Shown here: one piece after another, positions 49,987-61,900 of the stretch
How the letters are laid out: each line of letters begins with the position of its first letter
How positions within the stretch are numbered: the stretch's first letter is position 1
Origin: Antedon mediterranea
Lineage: Eukaryota; Animalia; Echinodermata
Length of the DNA stretch: 64,000 bases
Direction of reading: 5' to 3'
NCBI RefSeq assembly: GCF_964355755.1
Contig: NC_092680.1
Span: 10,168,001 to 10,232,000 of the forward strand
The notes under the pieces: generated by a model
What the model was told of the DNA's origin: nothing
What the model saw: only the letters and a program-made list of their open reading frames with translations
Database searches by the model: none
Made by a program: the position numbers and the translations under genes

Positions 49987-52900
49987 CTGAAAAAAACATT
50001 AATTAATAAAATAATTAAGTCTGTTAGGTATGATAACGAACGATGATAGATACAAAATATACATTTTTTCCAAAGAAACAAACGAAATTGGAAACGGTTT
50101 GATCATAGAACTATAGCATAGGCCTAACCATTTATACCCAAAATGACGTCATAATCAAATTATAATCGATTTTATTGTTCTTATTGATGTTGGTGATGTC
50201 ATTTGTTTGGATTTCTGGATTGTCATCCTACTATTCTGTCCTACAAACTATGATTTGTCTTTCCAAACCATATTGTCTTTCAATAAATTACAAACAATAT
50301 TTTATCTTTTATTGTGGGTCGTACCGCGCCCCGTACAATGGACATAACATTCATTTATTATGTACTTTATTAACAAAACGATTTTGTTTCGTAGTATATA
50401 GTCTCATTCGAAAGGAAAAGTTTGGAATGCAAAAAGAACCACTTACTGTGTACGTTGGTACTTGCTGGACTGAATCGTATTGCAGATTTTCATAATAAAC
50501 ATTCACTTTGGCAAAATTCAATCTGAAATAAAGTAAATAAAAATGTTCATGGTGTCTGAAACCAATACCATTATACATTAAATACTATAAAATGAATGAA
50601 AAAAGTGTTTTTGAATTCATATAAAGTGGATCGTATCCATAACCCCTGACAATTACCACCCGGATGAATCCTCCCTAGGACAACTACCCTCTAGGACAAC
50701 TACCCCCTAGGAAAACTACCCCCTAGGACAACTAGCCCCTAAGACAACTACATCCTTGGACAACTATAACCCCCTAGGACAATTACTACAGTACCTTCTA
50801 GTACGCTGTTCCGCAACCTATGGGTCACGAATAAAAACGTGCGGCGAGTCCGTAGCGTACACACACACGCATAGTTCGTTGTTAATATACCAGTGGGGAA
50901 TCCCCTTTTAGGACGTGGATTTAATAACCTACCAATTGGTTCCACGACGCTAATTTTCTGTAGTTTGCAAAGGAGTGTGTAACTTTACTGAAAAACTTCC
51001 AACTCTGATGTACCGTCGGTGGGAACTTTTATAAGGAACATTACATTCAGTCAGATAACATTCATTCATTCATTCAGATAACATTTATTCAGATAATAAT
51101 GAATGAACACATACAAAATAGAAAAAAAAAGATATTAAAGTGAACATAGATAAGGCAGTAATGGGTAGTCTGTCATTATTATCATGAATCCCCTCTAGAA
51201 GTTAGAATAATAGAAAGAACAATACAATCAGGTCCATTTCAAATTACACTCATATGTTGTTCAGGTCAGGCGAATGGTTCGGGAAAACCCATTGACGTTA
51301 GCATTGAACGTAAATGTGTTTACCGGCGGAAAAAGTATAGTCCAAGAGTATTAGGGTTTGACCCGGACATTTCTAGTAACAAGCTAATTTTTTCAGGAAA
51401 GGTCCAGAACTATGATTGGAATATCATACTAAAAGTTTTGAAAAATCCTTCTTGTTCTCTCCGAGAAATCCAAGATGACGTCCAAAATGGCTGCCATTCT
51501 AATTAGTATATAACTTTGTAACCGTATTGATTTTGGTGTCAACTAGTTCACAATATACACATTCCTATTTGCTCTAACAGAAAATGTTGTCAAAAAATGG
51601 TCGCTACAGTAGTTTCTGGCAGTTTGACCTTTGACCTGGTCTTATCATATCTCGGTAATAGAGAATTGGGATTAGGCCCAAATTGTTCAGAACATGCATA
51701 TTTTTATTTGGTGTAATGAAATATTTTATCCCAAAATGACGGGAAGTGAGGTTATTGACCTCTTATTGACCTATTCATATATCTTTTACCGTATCTCAAG
51801 AAATATTTGGTTGTTTGGAACATATACATTTTTATTTAGTCTAATACAACAGTAAGTTATTTATTGAAAATAACAAAAATCAAAGAGCTGCACAGGCAGA
51901 GTATATGAATACTGTAGATAAAATTAAAATCAAAAGTATAAATTGTTTTACCTAAAAATCTTAGGTACATATGTCGATTTAAGACTGGTAGAATACTGTA
52001 ATAATTGTCTTATAATAATAATTTCACGTCAAATATTGTAATATGTATATTGTGTGGTACACCGGCCATGTTGTCCCCTTCTCATACACAATTTGATTTA
52101 CAGTACAAATAAATAAACTAACTAACAAACAAATAAACAAATAGACAGACAGCCAGATAGACAGTTAGACAGACAGTAAGACAGACAGTTAGAAAGACAG
52201 ACAGACAGACAGACAGACAAATAGATAGACAGACAGATAGATAGATAGATAGATATATTCCTTTTAGTAGAGTAAATGTTTAAAAAAATGGTTTTATTAG
52301 TAGATTAAGTCAAACTTATAATTCTTTTACTTTAAGAAACTCCGAGTTAGATATCTTAATATCAATAATTGCGTTTGGAAAATATTTTGTTTTTATCCTA
52401 TTGCTTTTTAAATATAACAGCGCCACCTATTTTGTACTTTCACGGCGATTTGAATGTTTTCGCGATCGGAATACATTTCTGGAGAGATATAAGCCTATGT
52501 ATAATTTAGATCAAAAATGCATTTAAATTAGCTTTAGATCGTGTGTAGGATTTTGATTAATTAATGGGAACATCTCTACAAGACGTGAAATCGTTGGAAA
52601 AAGCATAATTACCCTAGATAAGTTCCAATTGTCTGTCGAAGTTTTGCCTTTTCAGCAAAGCTAGTACCGAGTCTAGCGTAGGCCTAGGCCTGTTAGTATT
52701 AGGCTAGACCTAGCCTCGGTATTTTAGCCTTGCTAGGTCTCCGATTGTTTGGTCGTTTGTGAACATAATTGTGTGTTTATAAATCCATATAAATATAACG
52801 TTTAATATAATATTAAAAACCAAATGTTACTGTTTTAATCAATGTGAATGAAATGTAGGCCTTGGCGAATGACGAATGTTTTATATTCGTGTACTGATAC

Positions 52901-55900
52901 AAATAATGGCATTTGGTGAATGATGAAAGGTTAAATATCAACTCGGCGTTGCCTCGTTGATATATAACCTTTCATCATTCACCTCAATCCTCATGCCATT
53001 ATTTGTACCATTACACTAATAAACATTCATTATTTGTATACTATTAAATATTGCTACCAAACTGAGCGCCTAAGTCAAAACGATTGGTTTGTAGTAGTTT
53101 TGTGTAGTATTGTTTACGTAATTACGAACGTAGTGAGAAGGAATTGATACGTGTGTAACGAACGGTATTATTAAAAAAATATTCCACTTACGAAATAAAT
53201 GATTCTGTATCATTACTGGTAGATAAATACGGAGTATCCTCAATTTTATCTATGACAGTTGACTGAATAAAAAAGAAATAATAAAGCAAGTCAATGATTA
53301 TTTTCTAGTTTTCTGGACGAGAAAGGGTCTAGGACAACTATCCCCTGGACAACTACCACCCGGACAACTACCAACCGGAAAATCCCCCCAATCAATCACC
53401 CTTCTAGAAACTATTCCCGATAGTAGAGCAGTTAATGACATGAGCTGTGCATTTTATTACCAAAGCATGAAACTTGGCACAAAGTTTCTTTGATGTATAT
53501 AGATTCAAAATATCGGGGGGTGCCAAGTGTCCAACGTCCGGTATGGCGGCCATCTTGATTTCAAAATGGCCACCATAAAAACAAAAAATGTTCATATCTT
53601 GGCAACTATACACATTAGAGACTTAATTCTGGTCTCAAATTGTTCACAAACTATATATTTCTATTTACTCTAATGAAAAGTTTCGTCCAAAAATGACCAG
53701 AAATGATGTTTCTTACAGTTTGACCTTTGACCTTGTATTTGTATATCTCTGTAACTACTGGTCATTTTCAATCGATTTTGGTGTCATTTTGTTCAGAATA
53801 GATACATTTATATTTGTAGTAATGAAACATTTTCACATAAATTGACCGGAAATACAATTTATGACCTTTGACATTAATTTATTGATTTTTAATTATGTGA
53901 ATATACTGTAGGTGGTTTTTGTTGGTCTAAAGTGCACCTAATTTTGAACTTTAACCTGATAGGCGTAATTATATTAAATGATTAATGGACTTAAATTGTA
54001 TATAGTACATAAAATTGGTAAACATTGTGCTTGGTGGTACCATTAGTTCAATGATGTTGGCACCTTCTGATTCGCTAAAAGTTTTAATAGTTTGACAGAG
54101 GAAATAACATACATGTTATTGAATACCGTAAAACCTCGAAAAGGTGATAGTATGAGCTTCTTTTCGAAACAGACTGTATTTGATTGTCAAATGAATATAG
54201 TATGATGATCGTGTTTATATCAATATATTATAAATGACCTTACAAAGAACCCTTTCTATTTCAACAATTAAGCCACAGTTATTCTACAATTTATTGTTTT
54301 CCAAGTGGTAGGCCTATTTTGATTGCATCTTATTTTTGTATTCTTCCTCGGTTAATATGGTCCTAACCCTCCTTCTTTGTCTGTAGATGATCTTATACCC
54401 CATTCTTTGTCTGTGGATGGTCTTTACCCGCTTCTGTGTCTGTTGATGGTATTATTACACCCCTTTCTTTATGTGTGGATGGTCTTACACCCATTTCTTT
54501 GTCTGTAGATGGTCTTACACCCCTTCTTTGTCTGTGGATGGTCCTACACTCCCTTCTTTGTCTGTGGATGGTCCTACACCCCTTCTATTTCTGTGGATGG
54601 TCCTACACCCCCTTCTTTGTCTGTGGATAGTCTTATGCACCCTTCTTTGTCTGTGGATGGTCTTACACCCCTTTCTTTGTGGACGGTCTTATACCCGTTT
54701 CTTTGTCTATGGATGGTCTTATACCCCCTTCTGTGTCTGTTGATGGTATTACACCCCTTTCTTTGTCTGTTGATGGTATTAAACCCCTTTCTTTGTGTGT
54801 GGATGGTCTTACACCCCTGTCTTTGTCTGTAGATGGTCTTATAATCCCTTCTTTGTATGTGGATGGTCTTACACCCCTTCTTTGTCTGTGGGTGGTCTTA
54901 CATCCCCTTCTTTGTCTGTGGATGGTCCGATGGTCCTACACCTCCTTTTTTGTCTGTGGATGGTCTTATACCCCTTCTTTGTCTGTAAGTGGTCCTATAC
55001 CCCTTTCTTTGTCAGTGGACGGTTCTACACCCCCTTCTTTGTCTGTGGATGGTCTTACACCCTTTTCTTTTTCTGTGGACGGTCTTATACCCCCTTCTGT
55101 GCCTGTGGGTGATCTTATACCCCCTTCTTTGTCTGTTGATGGTATTACACCCCTTTCTTTGTCCGTTGATGGTATTACACCCTTTTTTTGTATGTGGATG
55201 GTCTTATACACCCCTTTCTTTGTGTATGGCTGGTCTTGCACTCCTTTAATTTGTCTGTGGATGGTCTTATACCCCTTCTTTGTCTGTAAGTGGTCCTATA
55301 CCCCTTTCTTTGTCAGTGGTGGATGGTCTTACACCCTCCTTCTTTGTCTGTGGATGGTCTTACACCCTTTTCTTTTTCTGTGGACGGTTTTATACCCCTT
55401 CTGTGCCTGTGGGTGATCTTATACCCCCTTCTTTGTCTGTTGATGGTATTACACCCCTTTCTTTGTCCGTTGATGGTATTACACCCCTTTTTTGTATGTG
55501 GATGGTCTTATACACCCCTTTGTGTATGGATGGTCTTGCACTCCTTTAATTTGTCTGTGGATTCTTATTTCTTTGTCTGTGGATGGTCTTATACCCCCTT
55601 CTTTGTCTGTGGATGGTCTTATATCCCCTTCTTTGTCTGTGGATGGTCTTCTCCCCTTCTTTGTCTGTGGATGGTCCTACACCCCTTCTTTGTCTGTGGA
55701 TGGTCCTACACCCCTTATTTGTCTGTAAGTGGTCCTATACCCCTTTCTTTGTCAGTGGATGGTCTTGCACCCCCTTCTTTGTCTGTGGATGGTCCTACGC
55801 CCCCTTCTTTGACTGTGGATGGTCCTATACCCCTTTTTTTGTCAGTGTATGGTCTTATACCCCCTTCTTTGTCTGTGGACGGTCCTACATCCCCTTCTTT

Positions 55901-58900
55901 GTCTGTAGATGGCCTTACACCCCTTTCTTTGTCTGTGGATGGTCTTATACCTCCTTCTTTTTGTGTGGATGGTCTTACACCCCCTTCTTTGTCTGTGGAT
56001 GGTCTTACACCCCCTTTTCTGTCTGTGGATGGTCTTATTCCCTCTTCTTTGTATGTGGATGGTCTTACAATCCCTTCTTTGTCTGTGGATGGTCTTACAC
56101 CCCCTTCTTTGTCTGTGGATGGTCTTACACCCCCTTCTTTGTCTGGTCCCACTACTTTGATTGATTAAATTAGACATTGTTTCTTGTATGATTAGGAAAC
56201 CAAGACCTTTAAAGTGAAAGTCCACAGGTGGATGCCTAAACAGGTCTTGTACAGAACAGTATATTGTAGGTCCATGTCACTAATTTGAGGATTACTTGAA
56301 TAATTATATTGAGATGTCTTTTACGAATTGATTTAGTTCGGATTTTGCTAAAAAATCAATGATTAGAGAAAATCGAGGAAAAGGATTCAGATGAAAGGTT
56401 TACAGCAAAGGCCCATTACCATAAAAATGGAGTACATTTTTTTAGATGCAACGAAAAAACGATTGACACATAACAGTTTAGCAAACATGTCGGCATAGAT
56501 GAGCTCAGTGATCTGTCATACTTTATGCCTATCCTATCACATCAAAAGTTAAAAATTCAGAATAATAATTCCGTGTCATTTATTTCGGTAAAAAAATTAG
56601 GTGCATTTATACCAATTTAACCACATACAGTATGTTCACATAGTTAAAGGTTATAAATTGTATTTCCAGTCATTTTATGTGAAAATGTTTCATTACTACA
56701 AATATAAATGTCTTTATTCTGAACAAAAGGACACCAAAATCGATTGAAAATAATCAGTAGTTACTGAGATATACAGATAAGAGGTCAAAGGTCAAACTGG
56801 AAGAAACGTCATTTCCGGTCATTTTTGGACGAAACTTTTCATTAGAGCAAATAGAAATATGTGGTTTGTGAACAATTTAACACCAGAATCAAGTCTCTAC
56901 TGTTTATAGTTGCCAAGATATTAACACTTTTTGTTTTTATGGTGGCCATTTTGAAATCAAGATGGCCGCCATACCGGACGTTGGACACTTGGCACCCCCC
57001 GATATTTTGAATCTATATACATCAAAGAAACTTAGTGGAAAGTTTCATGCTTTGGTAATAAAGTGCACAACTTGGCTATTTTTATGGCGTTAACTGCTCT
57101 ACTACGAGGACAACTACCCTCTAGGATAACTACCCTTTATGATAACTACCCACTAGGACAAAATTACCCCCTTGGACAACTACCCTCTAGCTACCCACTA
57201 GGACAACTACCCCCTAGGACAACTGCCCATGTAAGCCTACAACTCCCCTTAGGAAAACTAAAGCTTTGGACAACTTACGTTTGGTAACCAAATTAACAAG
57301 CTGCTTCTTTTGGTGCCAATTGTATTGTAAATCAAATTATGTCTGAGGTGGGACTACTTGGGCGTGTTGTACCACAATATACATTTTACAATATTTGACG
57401 TGAAATTATTTTATAAAAAATTATTAAAATATTCTACATATCGAAGTATGTACCTAAGATTTGTAGCCTATTTTGTAATAACTGTAGCGATATTTATTTA
57501 AAAAAAACTTCTTGGACAAACAATGAAAAACATTTCCTCAATTGGCACAGTTAGCTATGTTTTCATAATAGGAAGACTAACGAGAGAGATAGAGATTTAT
57601 TTTCAAATAGTCTAATGTAATCAATTAATTAATTAATTAATAGTGTAGGCTTTTTTAAATCTAAAGTAAAATTAGGAGGTTCTGCTGTAGAATACGAATT
57701 GGAATAAAATAAAATAAGTAGATATATAATTATTCCTCAGGTTCTAAAAACGTTTATTTTTTTCCTTATTTTCTCAGGAGTGGGGAGAAAATGTAAAAAA
57801 AAAATCAATTAAAGTTCTTATAATGAAGTAGTAACAGCCAAACCAATATTCCATATTACTGGACTTGCAGTAAACATAGACCTATAATGTCATTAAACAG
57901 CATGACATAAGCTCTATGATTTTCGATTGACTGGTGCAGTTAGGTAAACTGTACTGTATATGTTCCTAGATTTCTGTACGGCATCTTCATGCCACGGAAG
58001 AATAAAATAAGCCCACCCCCTTAGTTTTCGAAATTGGAATACGTTTTAAGATATTTGGAGCGTTATCGAATCCTGTTTAATGTCAACTGCTGACGAATAC
58101 TCATATTGAAATATTCAAAAGCCTTTTACAATCATAATCAAAGTGTAATGTAATTTATTACTAGAAAAAAGGCAAAATAAATGAAATTGAATAAAAGTCC
58201 TATAGGTTTGAGTGGCATAATATTAGCTTATATTAGAGGTTAGTTGTCCTAGGGTGTAGTTGTCCGGGTGGTAGTTGTCCTAGACTCGTACTAGAGGTTA
58301 GTTGTCCTAGGGTGTAGTTGTCCGGGTGGTAGTTGTCCTAAGGGGGAAGTTTTCCTGGTGGGTAATTGTCAGCGTGTAGTTGTCCGGGTGGTAGTTGTCC
58401 AGGGGTTAGTTGTCCTAGACTCGTACTAGAGGTTAGTTGTCCTAGGGTGTAGTTGTCCGGGTGGTAGTTGTCCTAAGGGGGAAGTTGTCCTGGTGGGTAA
58501 TTGTCAGGGTGTAGTTGTCCGGGTGGTAGTTGTCCTAAGGGGCAGCTGTCCTTGAGGGTAGATTTCCTAGTGGGTAAGTGTCCGGGTGGTAGTTGTCCTA
58601 AGGGGGAAGCTGTCCTTGAGGGTAGATTTCCTAGTGGGTAAGTGTCCGGGTAGTAATTGTCTTGGTGGTAAGACATATCTTCCAATTCGAGTAGTTATTA
58701 TACAAATAACATAGTAGCTTTTTTTTGTCATGCATTGGAGACGTTATCAACTTTATTTTATGCTGGGCGTTTGGTTTGTTGTCAAAACCATAATTTGAAT
58801 AATAGCCTAGACACACACTTTCACAATGTAATTCCCTACTTTCTAATAATTTTTCATTATATTCTTTGTGGAAAAACCTAAATTACAATTTGTAAGTACA

Positions 58901-61900
58901 ATGTCAATAGAATCATTATTATTAGTAGTTTTCAGGAAAAGACATAGACCTAATTGTTAACAATTAGAGTGAATGAGAATGAGATATAGTCCCACAAGTG
59001 AGGACAAAAAGAAAATTGAAAAGAAGGACTATACCTACCATATAATTTAAATTAGGCCAGGATGAAGACGAAGTAGTTGTTGTGTATGAAACCTCTCTAG
59101 AAAATAGAAGACAACCACCATATGCAATAACGATAATATACCATTAACGATCAATAGGCCTAATACAACTATATCAACAACAAAGTAAAACCTATAGGCC
59201 TATTATTATATACAGTAATTGTGATTTTCTATATAGGATAATGAAGTCTTAATTACTTGCATGCTGGAGGACAATCACAAATAAAACTGCCTTCTGCAAT
59301 CTTTTGTTCTGCTTCAAGCATACATTGCTCTGTAAATGAAGATACAAATATGATTTTTAATGTAAAATTAATGTCTATTTATTAAAGCATATAATATTTA
59401 TTTGTTGCTTTCGACTGCTGTTTATTATTGATTGTTTATTATGTGTTATGTCAAAGGTATTGTAATTTGTTTGCGAACGTTCTTGTATTAGAAATACTTA
59501 CCTTGCGTTGCATTGCCAGCTGTACATAATGGTGTTACCGAATGGTCAAATGTGTATTTAGGAAGGTAACATTTGCAGTGGTTATAAGTCTTATAATAAA
59601 TACAATCTTTCCAACAGGCCTAGAAAAATAACACATTCCACAATTATGCCAAAGAAATAAACTTCTATAAGAACCAATAGGCCTATATTTGTATTGTAGC
59701 CGATTTTAAGTATAGGCAAATTATATGATACAGTATCACGTGCACATGTGATACCTCCTGTATTATACGGTTTAAAATGCATATACAGTATTACATTTTA
59801 GGCCATATTACAGACTGTTGTTTTCCGTTGCTGAACAAAGAATCTGGAACAATTTATTAGGTTACATTAAACATTTTTGAATGAATATTATCAGTTTAAA
59901 AACATTTAAAGACTTTTTATTTTAACCAATGTTATGCGAGTAGGTGAAGCGCCGTTGATTATAATCTTTTCATAGAAATGGGTGCTATATGAATGTAATG
60001 TTAATTGTGTTGCCTCACCGGTTTGCTGTATGTAATCTGTGAAAAGAGTTCACTGAAGAGTGTATGAACACTGCTATCACTGCAGTCTGAAGGGTAAGGT
60101 GATGGAAGTCTTTCAAACTCCGTCTGAAATTAAAAGTAAAACAGCAAAATTAAGATTAGGCCTATTTATTTATGGAAATATTTAATGTTATAATGAAGGA
60201 TGATAATATAACCTTTCATAAACCTCTTTGAATCTGTCTTAACAACATGAAATCCATCCTGCCTCGAGAGGAGAAATTTTTAAACTACCAGATACATTTT
60301 CATAATAATAAATAGGACAAAATTAAGATCAATAACCTGTTTTGCCATTAAGTTTCGAATTGCACCACTCAAAAACGAATCAATTAAATTAGTTTATTGT
60401 TATTGAATAAGTGTCAGTAATTTACAATTTATAACAAACATTAATTGCATGCACAGAATAGACAGCATTAAAATCATAAAAGAGTGAACGATTGGAAGCA
60501 ATAATAAGCATAAGCGTAGGATTACATATTGCGAGCAAGGCAATGTAAAGGAAACATTGTTAAGAACGCTCGCTCCCTCCTCTCTAGGAAGTGTAGACAT
60601 TGCTTCTCGGAATGATAATGACTAATGAATAAATGGTTTTAGAAGGATGTTCTGGCTTGGACGTTTTCTGTCGGTTACCATTTTGAAATGCTTGATATTC
60701 GTAAAACTAAACCTACTCTGTTTCACAGTGTCTTAGATGATTAATAACATTTTAAAGTATAGTGTTTATTGTGGTAGGGTCCTTGTAGGATATGTTTAAT
60801 TTGTTGGTTTTAAAAATATGGTAACATTTATGATCAAATAAATCCTCTAATAGATATGAAAAGTGGTAAAAAGAATAACAAATGCTTAGTAAATTGTAGA
60901 TAACAGTCCGAGGAATTCTACTACAAATAGTATAATTGTGTTATAAATATAATACAAATGTGACTATTATTCTAAGTGATGTTTTATTGGGAAGGTGTTC
61001 GGAGTTTATTCAAATAAATACCTCCTAATTGGTATTATTAAAACATTATTTATTTTGAACATCCTTTGAAACTAACTTCTGCGACAGAGTGGGCCGTCTC
61101 AATTCAATTCAATTCATTTATTTTCAAGAATACAAACACAAGAAAACTGACACCAGTCTGGCGGATTGTAGAAAAGTGACTAAGTCACTATGTGAGTACT
61201 CTCCTTCTGGTGCAGACAAAAACAAAAAGTTAATAGCAAAATATATTAAGCCTTAGAAGGAAAACGTTGCAACATGGGCAGAAGTATACCGGGACGTACG
61301 TGTACAGATAGCCCACAGTTATTCCTGCCATATACTCAATAACTCGGCTTTCGGGGTTCACTCGATTTAAAACAAAAGGTCTGATCACCAGTTCCCCCTA
61401 TGTAATTTTATAGTGTATAATATTCCCCACAATATACTATAATTTAATTTTTTGTTTTCTCTTTTGTGGCGGAAACACCACTTTTATTCACATTAATATT
61501 ATCTCATATTACATAAAATCGTATTATTTAACTTGTAAATGTCGTTACAGTTCATAAGTAACATTTTTACATATATGATTTCTGTATTACTCCCTTTTTC
61601 ATTAATTTTCTTATATTTTGCTATACACTTGACAGGATCTTCATTATCATCTATCCCGTTTTAAAATAGTTTACACATTTTCATTTCATAATTTAATCTT
61701 TATTAATTTGCAGTATAATTTTTATTTTGCTACTGCGAAAATAAACAAAAACATAACACGAAAGAGGCAAGGTGAACCTGTGGACTCGCCGTGAACCCGG
61801 AAATTACTTCTAAGCGCCCACTAAGTTTAAAATCTACCGATGAATCAGAAATTTTGATTCAAAACCCTTTATAATATCTTTCCAAGATAGAAATATTGAA

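Noticed and set aside
52415-52435. CTCF-like motif cagcgccacctat
   Set aside because: A single partial match expected by chance; no supporting evidence.
54436-56225. Many overlapping ORFs up to 292 aa (PPSLSVDGLT..., LCLWMVLHP...)
   Set aside because: Translations of a 30-bp minisatellite that is largely stop-free in several frames on both strands; no domain or splice context.
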